A stretch of 64,000 nt of DNA, from NCBI GenBank assembly GCA_944392515.1, contig CALXWV010000002.1:2199-66198 (forward strand), written 5' to 3'. Below, piece by piece: positions 1 through 10,160 of the stretch (its first letter is position 1; the number at the start of each line of letters is the position of its first letter). Both the position numbers and the translations under genes were made by a program. Below the pieces are notes generated by a model, which saw only the letters and a program-made list of their open reading frames with translations, was not told the origin of the DNA and ran no database searches. The DNA comes from an uncultured Clostridia bacterium (GTDB lineage Bacteria; Bacillota; Clostridia; TANB77; CAG-508).

Positions 1-645
1 TATGCTATAGATAAAAATACTTTAGTTTCTACTGTATTTTCTAATAATTATTATGTAGCTAATTCACCATTGGATTATGGTAGTTATTTATATAGTAGTG
101 AAGGAGAAATATCATATAACCAAGAACAAGCAAGGACGCTCTTAGAACAAGCAGGTTGGATATATCAAAATGGTAAATGGCAAAAAAATATTGATGGATA
201 TGTAAGAAGACTTACATTGTCTTTGATAGTATCTGAAGATAACAACGATAGAGTAAACGCTGCTAATGAAATAAAAAGACAGCTAGAAGCAGTAGGTATT
301 ATAATCAATGTTACTAAAGTTTCAAATGATAAATATTATGATTATTTAAATAACAAAAATTATCAATTAATATTAACAGGAGTTACTAACTCTGTAAATC
401 CAGACTTAACATATTTTTATGGTGAGGGTAACTTAGCAAATTATAACAATAGTGATATTAAGTCAAAATTAAATTCATTAGATAATTATAAAGAAATACA
501 AAAAACAGTTAATGATGAGGTACCATATATTGGTTTATATAGAAATAAAAATACATTAATATTAAATGCAAATGTTGGAGGGAATTTTTCGCCAAATAGC
601 TATAATGTTTATTATAACTTTAATGAATGGTTTAGACAAAAATAA
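1..645 (+). CDS. Family-5 ABC transporter substrate-binding protein (Opp/Dpp-like), C-terminal fragment; 5' end lies outside the window
   Basis: An open frame continues from the window start. The C-terminal motifs resemble SBP_bac_5 proteins (GLYRNKN..., lipoprotein-like composition). Stop codon at 643-645. Confidence 0.55.
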   Translation, partial: YAIDKNTLVSTVFSNNYYVANSPLDYGSYLYSSEGEISYNQEQARTLLEQAGWIYQNGKWQKNIDGYVRRLTLSLIVSEDNNDRVNAANEIKRQLEAVGIIINVTKVSNDKYYDYLNNKNYQLILTGVTNSVNPDLTYFYGEGNLANYNNSDIKSKLNSLDNYKEIQKTVNDEVPYIGLYRNKNTLILNANVGGNFSPNSYNVYYNFNEWFRQK

Positions 646-729
646 GTTAAAAAGATAAAAGCATAAATAATTATAATAGCAAAAGAGAAAATTAATATAT
701 CAAAAACAAAAGAATACAAGAAATAAAAT

Positions 730-805
730 CGAAAAAATGTTTGCAAAAACACTTGACAAATTTTTATGGTAGTATATAATAAGTGTCATACAAACAAATG
801 TTTAA
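730..805 (+). promoter_or_regulatory. recA promoter region: -35 TTGACA (753-758), 16-nt spacer, -10 TATAAT (775-780), plus two degenerate Cheo/LexA-box-like palindromes (cgaaaaaatgtttg at 730-743; caaacaaatgttta at 791-804)
   Basis: The consensus hexamers were read directly. The GAAC-N4-GTTC-like arms (GAAA/GTTT, AAAC/GTTT) are typical of Gram-positive SOS boxes in front of recA. Confidence 0.5.
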
Positions 806-819
806 TTAGGAGGAAAATT

Positions 820-1893
820 ATGAGTACAGAAAAAGCAAGTTTAGAAAAACAAAAGGCATTAGAAGCAGCATTGGGACAAATAGAAAAACAATTTGGAAAA
901 GGTTCAGTTATGAAATTAGGTGAGTTTAAAGCAATGAATGTTGAAGCTATACCAACAGGAGCTTTAAGCTTAGATATAGCATTAGGTATTGGTGGTATTC
1001 CAAAAGGAAGAATTATAGAAGTTTATGGTCCTGAATCATCAGGTAAAACAACTTTAGCCTTACATATGATAGCTGAAGCTCAAAAACTTGGTGGAGAAGC
1101 AGCATTTATAGATGCAGAGCATGCACTAGATCCAGTTTATGCTAAGCATTTAGGAGTAGATATAGATAATTTAATAGTATCTCAACCAGATACAGGTGAA
1201 CAAGCTCTAGAAATAGCAGAAGCATTAGTTAGAAGTGGCGCAATTGATATAATAGTAGTTGACTCCGTTGCAGCATTAGTACCAAAAGCTGAAATTGATG
1301 GAGATATGGGTGATGCCCATGTTGGTTTACAGGCAAGACTTATGTCACAAGCATTAAGAAAACTAGCAGGTGTTATTAATAAATCAAATAGTGTAATAGT
1401 ATTTATTAACCAATTAAGAGAAAAAGTAGGAATTATGTTTGGTAACCCTGAAACAACTCCAGGTGGTAGAGCACTTAAATTTTATGCATCAGTTAGAATG
1501 GATATAAGAAAAATTGAAAATATTAAACAAGATGGAGATGTAGTTGGTAATAGAGTAAGAGTAAAAGTTGTTAAAAATAAAGTTGCACCACCATTTAGAG
1601 AGGCAGAATTTGATATAGTTTATGGTAAAGGAATATCAAAATCTGGTAACATATTAGATTTAGGTATTAATTTAGGATTAGTAGAAAAAAGTGGTTCTTG
1701 GTTTGGATATAATGGTACAAGAATTGGACAAGGTAGAGAAAATGCTAAGAAGTACTTAGAAGATAATCCTGAAATCATGAAAGAAATAGAAGAAAAAATT
1801 AGAAATAACTTTAATGAAGCTTTTGAACAAAGCCTAGGCGAAGAAGTTATAGATGAAGAACAAGATATTGAACCAAAAGAAGATGAAGAGTAA
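820..1893 (+). CDS. recA: Recombinase RecA
   Basis: Walker [10 protein letters not shown] and the typical RecA core ([68 protein letters not shown]). AGGAGG RBS 9 nt upstream of the ATG at 820. Confidence 0.97.
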   Translation: MSTEKASLEKQKALEAALGQIEKQFGKGSVMKLGEFKAMNVEAIPTGALSLDIALGIGGIPKGRIIEVYGPESSGKTTLALHMIAEAQKLGGEAAFIDAEHALDPVYAKHLGVDIDNLIVSQPDTGEQALEIAEALVRSGAIDIIVVDSVAALVPKAEIDGDMGDAHVGLQARLMSQALRKLAGVINKSNSVIVFINQLREKVGIMFGNPETTPGGRALKFYASVRMDIRKIENIKQDGDVVGNRVRVKVVKNKVAPPFREAEFDIVYGKGISKSGNILDLGINLGLVEKSGSWFGYNGTRIGQGRENAKKYLEDNPEIMKEIEEKIRNNFNEAFEQSLGEEVIDEEQDIEPKEDEE

Positions 1894-1941
1894 TTTTACT
1901 TTATATCATAAAAATAATAACTATTATATTGAGGAACAAAA

Positions 1942-2379
1942 ATGTACAGTATAGAAGATTTAGACTTTGCTAAAAATAAAATACTAAAATATATATTTTA
2001 TAAAAAAAGAACTGAAAATGAAGTTAGACTTAAGTTTAATAAAGTAATTAATCAAGAATTATTAGATGATGCAATTGAAGAACTTAAAGAAAATGGATAT
2101 ATAGATGATAATAAATATATTGTAAGAGCTATAAATGAGTTTATGGCTCTTAAGAATTTATCTATTAAAGAAATTAAATATAAACTTATGACAAAAGGTA
2201 TTAATAGAAATTTAATAGATGATTATATATCTAATAATAAGGAAACTTTAGTAGATTATGAATTAAAATCTGCTAAAAATATTGCAATTAAAAAGTCTAA
2301 TTTAGAAAAAGAAGAAATAAAAAATTATTTGATGAAAAAAGGATTTGCTCTAGATAGTATTGATGAAGCAATTAATTAA
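1942..2379 (+). CDS. recX: Regulatory protein RecX
   Basis: A 145-aa helical protein immediately downstream of recA. Size and position are typical for RecX. Confidence 0.65.
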   Translation: MYSIEDLDFAKNKILKYIFYKKRTENEVRLKFNKVINQELLDDAIEELKENGYIDDNKYIVRAINEFMALKNLSIKEIKYKLMTKGINRNLIDDYISNNKETLVDYELKSAKNIAIKKSNLEKEEIKNYLMKKGFALDSIDEAIN

Positions 2380-2435
2380 TGTTTATATAATTAGCTAAAA
2401 TGAAATTTATTAAAACATAATGAAAGGAATATATA

Positions 2436-3203
2436 ATGCATAATGTATTTACACTAGAAATAAATAAATATAAGATTAAATTGGAAAACTTTGAGGGTCC
2501 ACTTGATTTGTTATGCCATTTAATAGATGAAAATAAAATGGACATATATGATATATCTATAAGTGAAATAACAGACCAATATATCGAATATATTAATATG
2601 GCAGAACATATGAACTTAGAAGTTACAAGTGAATTTCTAATAATGGCATCTAATCTTCTATATATTAAATCTAAAAAATTACTTCCAAGACAGGAAGAAG
2701 AAGAAGAAATGTTATCTGAAGAAGAACTTATTAGAAGAATTATAGAATATAAACAATATAAAGAAATAACTAATAAATTTAGAGAAATGTATAGTGCAAA
2801 TAATACAAGAGTATTTAGACTTCCAGAAGCAATTGAAGTGCCTAAAAGAAAAGATTTAGAAATAAAATTTACATCTAAAGATATATATAATACATATAAA
2901 AGTATTTTAGACAAAAATGCAAATAAAATTAATCATAATGCAAAAAATATTGAAAAAATAGCAATAGTTGAAAATTATACTGTTGGTGATTCTGTAAAGG
3001 CAATGTTTAGAGCATTAGTAAAAAACAAACATTTTACATTTAATAAATTATTCTCATTAAAAAAATGTAAGCCACAAGAAGTTGTTACTGCATTTTCAGG
3101 ACTTTTAGAAATGTCAAGAAGAAGTAAAGTAGAAACAAAACAGGATGAGTTATTTGGAGAGATTGAAGTAAATAAAAAAGTGCATAAAGCAAAAATATTT
3201 TAA
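2436..3203 (+). CDS. scpA: Segregation and condensation protein A (ScpA)
   Basis: N-terminal FEGPLDLLCHLIDENKMDIYDISISEITDQYIEYI matches the ScpA kleisin family. Confidence 0.8.
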   Translation: MHNVFTLEINKYKIKLENFEGPLDLLCHLIDENKMDIYDISISEITDQYIEYINMAEHMNLEVTSEFLIMASNLLYIKSKKLLPRQEEEEEMLSEEELIRRIIEYKQYKEITNKFREMYSANNTRVFRLPEAIEVPKRKDLEIKFTSKDIYNTYKSILDKNANKINHNAKNIEKIAIVENYTVGDSVKAMFRALVKNKHFTFNKLFSLKKCKPQEVVTAFSGLLEMSRRSKVETKQDELFGEIEVNKKVHKAKIF

Positions 3204-3259
3204 CAAAAATAGTATATAGAGTAAAAAAATGGAAAAACTATTATTAAGGAGGAGTTCTT

Positions 3260-3895
3260 GTGATAGTTTTTCTTTTTATACTATTAATAATATTAGTACT
3301 ATTTATAGCAATAATTTCAACTGCAAATATAAAAATAATAATACAAAATATAAGAATAGAAAATATAGATTCAGCTTTAAGAATATTAAATATATTAATA
3401 TATGAAAAAGATGATAAATTAAAACTAAATTTTTTAGATTATCTAAATTTTACATTAAAAATTAAACTACTTATATTTTCTAAAATACCAACATTATCTA
3501 TAAAACTGGATAATATTAAAATAAAGAAATTACTGCTTAAGCAAATTGAAAAAGAGATTAGAAAACATAAAGATATAGTGGAAGATAAAAAGAAGGCAAA
3601 AGAATTATCTAAAAAAATAGTACCTTTATTTAATTTGCAAAAAACTAATTTAAGAATAGAACTTGGAACTGAAGATGCAGCATTTACTGCGATTGCTAGT
3701 TCAATTGTAAGCATATTTATTACAATGGCTCTTTCTTATGTAGCAGATGTAAAAAAATACAAAAATTATAATTATAAAATAATACCAATTTATTTAAATG
3801 AAAATGTATTTTTTTTACAATTTAGTTGCATAATAACTAGTAAAATATTACATATTATAAAAGTAATGTGTAAAAAGAAGGAGGAAAAAATATGA
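3260..3895 (+). CDS. DUF2953 / YtfI-like sporulation membrane protein
   Basis: N-terminal TM helix. The GTEDAAFTAIASSIVSIFITMAL motif is typical of YtfI. The gene sits immediately upstream of, and overlaps, the ytfJ homologue, as in the Bacillus ytfI-ytfJ operon. GTG start. Confidence 0.5.
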   Translation: MIVFLFILLIILVLFIAIISTANIKIIIQNIRIENIDSALRILNILIYEKDDKLKLNFLDYLNFTLKIKLLIFSKIPTLSIKLDNIKIKKLLLKQIEKEIRKHKDIVEDKKKAKELSKKIVPLFNLQKTNLRIELGTEDAAFTAIASSIVSIFITMALSYVADVKKYKNYNYKIIPIYLNENVFFLQFSCIITSKILHIIKVMCKKKEEKI

Positions 3896-4452
3896 GTGAA
3901 TATCCTATTGAAGGATTAATGAATACTGCAATGGGCAGTATAAAAGAAATGGTAGATGTCAATACTATTGTAGGAGATCCAATTCAAACATCAAATAATG
4001 TTGTAATTATACCTATCTCTAAAGTTAATTTTGGTTTTGCAGCGGGTGGAACAGAATTTAATGGAAAGACAAAAGACCAAGTAAAAAAAGAACAGGAACA
4101 ATCAAAGGAGAGACTTCCATTCGGAGGAGGATCGGGAGCAGGGGTTAGTATATCTCCAATAGCATTTATTGTAGTACAAGCAAATGGTGTAAAATTACTT
4201 CCAGTAGAACATTCATCTTCACTAGACAAGCTACTTGATTTAGTACCAGACTTAGCAGATAAATTAAGTGAGATGCTAGGAAAAACAATGGATGGAATTA
4301 AACTTAACAAATTACAAAAAGAAGCTATGAAAGATGGAAAGAATAGTGAAGTAAAAATAACTACTACACCTACTGGAACTACAACGGAAGTAAAACAAAA
4401 GCCAAGAGTAGAGCCAGACTATGATATAGAGTATGATGAAACAGATATGTAA
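3892..4452 (+). CDS. ytfJ: Sporulation protein YtfJ/GerW family
   Basis: VIIPISKVNFGFAAGGTEF...RLPFGGGSGAGVSISPIAFIVVQANGVKLLPV are hallmark GerW/YtfJ motifs. Confidence 0.8.
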   Translation: MSEYPIEGLMNTAMGSIKEMVDVNTIVGDPIQTSNNVVIIPISKVNFGFAAGGTEFNGKTKDQVKKEQEQSKERLPFGGGSGAGVSISPIAFIVVQANGVKLLPVEHSSSLDKLLDLVPDLADKLSEMLGKTMDGIKLNKLQKEAMKDGKNSEVKITTTPTGTTTEVKQKPRVEPDYDIEYDETDM

Positions 4453-4720
4453 AGTTCTAGCATGATAAATTAAATAGTAAAATAACAATATTTTTAGAGA
4501 AAAAAATGCCAACTATTTTTAGTTGGCATTAATTTTTGTATATATTTTTATATTGTAAAAATTAAATAATAATGATAAAATAATGTCGTAAAAAAACTTA
4601 GAATAATAAAATTATACATAAAAAAATATATATTTGTTTTATATAATAATAATTTTAGAATAAAGACATAAATGGTAATATATATTAATAAAAGAATAAA
4701 ATAAATATAAGGAGGCAGAA

Positions 4721-5674
4721 TTGGTAGAACTAGAAAATATATTAGGCAAAGAAAATGTTAAATATAATGAACCAATGAGCAAACATACTAGCTTTAGAGT
4801 TGGAGGAAATGCAGACATCTTTGCAATAGTTGATTCAGAAGAAAAGCTAATTAGAGCAATTGAAATAGCTAAAAAATTATCTAAGCTAATAACAATAGTA
4901 GGAAATGGTACGAACTTGCTTGTAAAAGATGGAGGAATTAGAGGCTTAGTTATAAAATACATAGCAAATGATTATAGTATCATGGATACAGATGAATTAT
5001 TGGATAAAGGCAATTTTGATAAAAATGAGGAAAATAACAATAAAAGTAAAATAGTTACAGTTTCATCTGGTATGACAAATGCAAGGTTTGCTAAAATATT
5101 ATTAGATAATAGTCTTACAGGATTTGAATTTTTAGCAGCAGTACCTGGAACTATAGGAGGAGCATTAGTTATGGATGCAGGAGCTTATGGTGGTGAAATA
5201 AAAGATATTGTCTTAAAAACTAAGTACATAGATTTAGATACAAATGAGATAAAAGTAATAGAAAATAAAGAACATAAATTTGAATATAGAAAAAGCATAT
5301 TTCAAATTTTAAATTGCATAATACTAGAAACTACTTTAAAATTACAGATAGGTAATAAAGAACAAATCGAGGAAAAAATGCAAGAATATAGTAAAAAGAG
5401 AAGAGAAAGTCAACCATTAGATATGCCAAGTGCAGGTAGTACTTTTAAAAGAGGAGAAGATTTTATTACTGCAAAACTTATTGACGAATCTGGTTTAAAA
5501 GGGTATAGTATAGGGGGAGCAGAAGTATCTCCAAAACATGCAGGATTTATTGTAAATAAAGGAAGCGCTACAGCAAAAGATATAATAGATTTAATAAACT
5601 ATGTAAAAGAAAAAGTATATGAGAAGTTTGGAAAAGAAATACAAGAAGAAGTAAGAATAATTGGTGAGGATTAG
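4721..5674 (+). CDS. murB: UDP-N-acetylenolpyruvoylglucosamine reductase MurB
   Basis: FAD-binding N-terminus (TSFRVGGNADIF) and C-terminal MurB motifs (SAGSTFKRGE, GGAEVSPKHAGFIVN). Confidence 0.92.
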   Translation: MVELENILGKENVKYNEPMSKHTSFRVGGNADIFAIVDSEEKLIRAIEIAKKLSKLITIVGNGTNLLVKDGGIRGLVIKYIANDYSIMDTDELLDKGNFDKNEENNNKSKIVTVSSGMTNARFAKILLDNSLTGFEFLAAVPGTIGGALVMDAGAYGGEIKDIVLKTKYIDLDTNEIKVIENKEHKFEYRKSIFQILNCIILETTLKLQIGNKEQIEEKMQEYSKKRRESQPLDMPSAGSTFKRGEDFITAKLIDESGLKGYSIGGAEVSPKHAGFIVNKGSATAKDIIDLINYVKEKVYEKFGKEIQEEVRIIGED

Positions 5675-5742
5675 TTTTAGACAAATCTAATATGCATTTA
5701 ATACAAGTATAAAGGATTTACTTAACTGGAAAGGAACAGATT

Positions 5743-7275
5743 ATGGGATTTTTTAAATGGTTTACTTCAAAAGCAAAAATGAAAAGATGGATGCTTTTAA
5801 TATTAGTTGGCGTTGTATTAGTTGGATATGGAATTTCAAATTTATTATATTTTAATACTTTAGGAATAACAGAAATACTTAAAATAGTAGTATCATTTGT
5901 ATTAGGATTCACAGCAATTGTACTTGGCTTTGTGTATATGCAAAAAAGGACACTAGAATTACTAATAGAAGAAAGCGATACAAGAAAAGAAACTCAAAAT
6001 ATTAATAAACTAATATTTAACAAGAAAATATATAATCAAGGACCTAAGATAGTTGTAATTGGAGGAGGAAGCGGACTTAATACTGTTTTAAGAGGACTTA
6101 AAAATTATACAGATAATATTACAGCAGTAGTTACCGTTTCAGACTACGGAAAAACACCTACAGATTCAAGAAAAGCACTACAAGTTTTACCATTAAATGA
6201 TATAAAAGAAAGTTTAATAGCTCTTTCATATAATGAAAAAGAGATGGAAAAATTACTTGATGTTAAATTTTCATCAGGAAAACTTAATAATTTAAGTTTT
6301 GGAGATATTTACTTCCTAGCAATGAATAATGTCCACAAAGATTTTACAAAATCGATAGAAAGCTCAAGAGAAGTATTAAATATTACAGGTAAAGTTCTTC
6401 CTGTAACTCTCGAAGAAATAAAAATATGTGCTGAACTAGATGATGGTACAGTTATTGAAAATAGAGACAAAATACCAGAGTATGTTAGTGAGTCAGCAAG
6501 CAAGATAAATAGAATATTTATAAGTCCTACAAATTGTAGCCCAGCCCCTGGAGTAATAGATGCGATAAAAGAAGCAGATGCAATAGTAATTGGACCTGGT
6601 AGTCTTTATACAAATGTTATACCAAACCTTTTAGTAAAAGGCATTGCAAAAGCAATACGTGAAAGTAGTGCAATCAAAATATATGTAAGTAATATAATGA
6701 CTGAACTTGGACAAACTGATGAATATACTTTATCAGACCATATAAAAGCAATAAATGATTATGTGGGAAGCGGAATTATAGATTACTGTATATATGATAC
6801 AGGTGAGATAGTACCTGAATTTATTAAAAAATATAATTTAAAAGGTTCAGATATTGTTATGCCAGATATTCAGAAAGCAAAAGAATTAGGAGTAAGGCTA
6901 GTTCAAAGAAATCTTTCTAAAGTAGAGGGTGATTCTATAAGACATGATTCAGATGTAATAGCTTCAACAATTATACAATTAATTTGTGATGAACTTAAAT
7001 TTGAAGATATGCAAAATAATAGTCAATATATGTTACTAAATTCTAGACTTAAAGAATCTAAAAGAGAAATTAAAAAAAGAGAAAAAAGAGACAAAAAATT
7101 CCAAAAATCAGGAAGAAAACCTTTCGAAAGAAGAGACAGTTCATCAAAAAGTAAATTCAACACAAAATATAAAGATAGAATTGAATCTATTAAAGAAACA
7201 GATAAAAAAATAAAAGTAAGAAGAAAAATGATGGAAGTAAATGAAAAACGTAAAAGAGAAGAAAAAAATAAATAA
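5743..7275 (+). CDS. yvcK: YvcK/CofD-family gluconeogenesis-factor-like protein with an N-terminal 2-TM extension and a ~100-aa Lys/Arg-rich C-terminal tail
   Basis: The core (KIVVIGGGSGLNTVLRGLKNYTDNITAVVTVSDYG ... GPGSLYTNVIPNLLV) is UPF0052/YvcK. The N-terminus has predicted TM helices. The tail is KREIKKREKRDKK... Confidence 0.75.
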   Translation: MGFFKWFTSKAKMKRWMLLILVGVVLVGYGISNLLYFNTLGITEILKIVVSFVLGFTAIVLGFVYMQKRTLELLIEESDTRKETQNINKLIFNKKIYNQGPKIVVIGGGSGLNTVLRGLKNYTDNITAVVTVSDYGKTPTDSRKALQVLPLNDIKESLIALSYNEKEMEKLLDVKFSSGKLNNLSFGDIYFLAMNNVHKDFTKSIESSREVLNITGKVLPVTLEEIKICAELDDGTVIENRDKIPEYVSESASKINRIFISPTNCSPAPGVIDAIKEADAIVIGPGSLYTNVIPNLLVKGIAKAIRESSAIKIYVSNIMTELGQTDEYTLSDHIKAINDYVGSGIIDYCIYDTGEIVPEFIKKYNLKGSDIVMPDIQKAKELGVRLVQRNLSKVEGDSIRHDSDVIASTIIQLICDELKFEDMQNNSQYMLLNSRLKESKREIKKREKRDKKFQKSGRKPFERRDSSSKSKFNTKYKDRIESIKETDKKIKVRRKMMEVNEKRKREEKNK

Positions 7276-7393
7276 CAAGAAAAAACAATAAACTAAGCAA
7301 AATAATAAGAAATAAAAATTAAAAAGCTATAGAAAAAATGTAATAATAATATAAATTGCAAGATGAAACTACAAAAAGTAGGAGGAAAAACGA

Positions 7394-9430
7394 ATGAGAG
7401 AATGGTTAATAACAAATGGAATAGGTGGATATGCTTCATCAACAGATATGGGGCTAAATACTAGAAGATACCATGGACTATTAATAGCTGCTACAAATCC
7501 ACCGGGACTTAGAAAACTAATATTATCTAAAGTAGATGAAAGCATTGAGATAAATGGAAAAAAGTATAATCTATATACCAATACATCTTGCGGAGTTACC
7601 ACAGAAGGATACAAGTATATGCAAAAATTTGAAAAAACAATAATTCCTATTTATACATATAAAGTAAAAAATGTAATTATAGAAAAATCAATTTGTATGC
7701 TTTATGGTAAAAATACAGTCGTGATTTTATATAGGGTAATTAATCAAAAAGCTAAATCTAAACTATTACTAACACCAATAGTTAATTTTAGAGATTTTCA
7801 TGCAGAAACTCATGATTTAAAATTTAGATATACTCAAAAAATAAACAGAGACAAAGTACAATTAGATTTTGGAAAAGAAAAAGGTAAAATCAACTTATAT
7901 GTAGAAGGCGCAAAATATAATGAATATATAGATAATATATTTTATTCTATGTTTTATCAAAAAGAAGCATTAAGAGGCTTTGATGCAGAAGAAAATCATG
8001 CAGTACCTGGAACTTTTGAAGTTGAAATTATGCCAAATGAAGATAAAGAAATAGTATTCTTTTGTTCTCTTGATGGTGAATATGGTAATAGCTTAGAAGA
8101 ATTACAAAGACTAAGTGCTACTAAAATCATAGAAAATGAAAAGAAGAGAATAAATGAACAGATTAAAGAGTCAGGATTAATAGAAAAAGCAAAATTACCA
8201 AAGGAAGAAGAAGAAAGACAAGCATATATTGATTTAGTTAATGAATATATGGTTTCCTCAGACAATTTTATAGTATATAGGCCAAGTACTAAATTGCACA
8301 CACTAATTGCTGGATATCCTTGGTTTTTGGATTGGGGAAGAGATACATTAATATCTTTTGAAGGCATATTGCTTATGCCAAAAAAATATAAGCTTGCTGA
8401 AGAAATATTATTGACTTTAGCAAAAGCTGTAAAACAAGGATTAGTACCAAATGGCTTTGATGAATATGATGGACATGCACTATATAATAGTGTGGATAGC
8501 TCACTTCTATTATTTGAAGGAGTACATAAATATTTAAAATATACTGGTAATTATGATTTCGTAAAAGAAAATCTATATGGCACAATGATAAAAATTCTAG
8601 ATAATTACATTAATGGAATTAACCTAGATAATAACAATATTAGATTTGATGATAAAACTTTTCTTATTTCATCAGGAACTATGGATACACAAAATACTTG
8701 GATGGATGCAAAAGTAGAAGGCAGGCCTGTAACTCCTAGAAATGGCAAAGCAGTAGAAATAAATGCAATGTGGTATAATGCTTTACGTATAATGCAAGAG
8801 TTATCTAAACATTATATGAAGATGATAAGATTTTATGAATATGGTATGCTTGCTAAAAACTGTCAAAAATCTTTTGTAAAGAGATTTTATAATCCATATA
8901 AAAAATGCTTATATGATGTTCTTGGAGATGACAAAATAAGACCAAATCAAATATTTGCATTAAGTTTAACTTACCCTGTACTTGACTGTGACAAAGATAT
9001 GGCAAAAGAGGTATTTGTAACTGTAACACAAAAACTTTTAAACAAATACGGACTTCAAACTTTAGCAAATAGCGAACCAGGATTTTTTGCAGTTTATGAA
9101 GGAACTCCAGAAGAAAGAGATAGTCAGTATCATCAAGGTATTACTTGGCCATGGCTTTTAGGACAGTATTATAATGCTCTTAAGAATTTAATAAGAGCTG
9201 AAAAAAATAAAGAAAATAAACAAAGATTACTAAATACATTAACACAGTTTAGAATAAATACAGCAAATACTTTTACAAATGAACTTACAAAAGGTAATAC
9301 AATAGGAAATATTTGTGAGATATATGATTCAGTAGATGATAGCAAAGGAAAAGGTGCTTTTGCACAATGCTGGAGCGTAGCTGAAATATTTAGAATTATG
9401 TTAGACAAAAAAGATAACGATTTGCAATAG
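7394..9430 (+). CDS. Glycogen debranching enzyme (amylo-alpha-1,6-glucosidase, GDE_N/GDE_C type)
   Basis: N-terminal MREWLITNGIGGYASSTDMGLNTRRYHGLL is typical of the archaeal-type glycogen debranching N domain. C-terminal (alpha/alpha)6 barrel motifs (HQGITWPWLLGQYY). Confidence 0.75.
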   Translation: MREWLITNGIGGYASSTDMGLNTRRYHGLLIAATNPPGLRKLILSKVDESIEINGKKYNLYTNTSCGVTTEGYKYMQKFEKTIIPIYTYKVKNVIIEKSICMLYGKNTVVILYRVINQKAKSKLLLTPIVNFRDFHAETHDLKFRYTQKINRDKVQLDFGKEKGKINLYVEGAKYNEYIDNIFYSMFYQKEALRGFDAEENHAVPGTFEVEIMPNEDKEIVFFCSLDGEYGNSLEELQRLSATKIIENEKKRINEQIKESGLIEKAKLPKEEEERQAYIDLVNEYMVSSDNFIVYRPSTKLHTLIAGYPWFLDWGRDTLISFEGILLMPKKYKLAEEILLTLAKAVKQGLVPNGFDEYDGHALYNSVDSSLLLFEGVHKYLKYTGNYDFVKENLYGTMIKILDNYINGINLDNNNIRFDDKTFLISSGTMDTQNTWMDAKVEGRPVTPRNGKAVEINAMWYNALRIMQELSKHYMKMIRFYEYGMLAKNCQKSFVKRFYNPYKKCLYDVLGDDKIRPNQIFALSLTYPVLDCDKDMAKEVFVTVTQKLLNKYGLQTLANSEPGFFAVYEGTPEERDSQYHQGITWPWLLGQYYNALKNLIRAEKNKENKQRLLNTLTQFRINTANTFTNELTKGNTIGNICEIYDSVDDSKGKGAFAQCWSVAEIFRIMLDKKDNDLQ

Positions 9431-9492
9431 ATATTTATTAATTAATTCTAAATAACTAAGCTAAGAAACTAAAAAATAAAAGAGGCAATTAA

Positions 9493-9978
9493 ATGAGAAT
9501 TTTAGGAATAGATCCAGGTTTTGCAATAACTGGGTATAGCATAATAGAATACGTTGGTAATCATTTTACATTAGTACATTCAGGGGCAATACTCACCAAA
9601 GCTGGTGAGTCTTTTCCTGATAGATTAGTAAAGATATATGATGATTTGGTTAATATAATAGACACATTTAAACCAGAGGTTATGTCAATAGAAGAGCTAT
9701 TTTTTAACACAAATACCACAACTGCAATAAATGTTGCACAAGCAAGAGGTATAGTATTAGTAGTTGCAAGAAAGAAAAACGTACCAATTTATGAATATAC
9801 ACCTCTTCAAATAAAACAAGCAGTAACTGGATATGGTAGAGCAGATAAAATACAAGTTCAAAAAATGGTTAAATCTATTTTAAGAGTAGATAAATTACCA
9901 AAGTTAGATGATACAACAGACTCTATAGCTGCTGCAATATGTTATGCTCATTCTTGCAAATTTTCTAAAGCACTTTAA
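9493..9978 (+). CDS. ruvC: Holliday junction resolvase RuvC
   Basis: MRILGIDPGFAITGYSII...; RNase H fold catalytic residues. No ruvAB follows. Confidence 0.9.
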   Translation: MRILGIDPGFAITGYSIIEYVGNHFTLVHSGAILTKAGESFPDRLVKIYDDLVNIIDTFKPEVMSIEELFFNTNTTTAINVAQARGIVLVVARKKNVPIYEYTPLQIKQAVTGYGRADKIQVQKMVKSILRVDKLPKLDDTTDSIAAAICYAHSCKFSKAL

Positions 9979-10160
9979 TAAATATTTTTTATGACACAAC
10001 TCAGCCAATCAATATAATGTTTTTGCATTTTCTGCGCGGGTCGCTGCTTGCTCCAGCTTGAAAAAGAAAAACATCATATTGACTTGGCGTTAGTATGTTA
10101 AGTATGGCAACCTAAAAAACATTTATTAAAGTGTACATTATGAAAGGAATTAAAAACTAA

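Noticed and set aside
2372-2914. 180-aa minus-strand ORF
   Set aside because: It lies antisense inside the well-supported scpA gene and is a low-complexity Ser/Ile-rich shadow ORF of the kind expected in AT-rich DNA.
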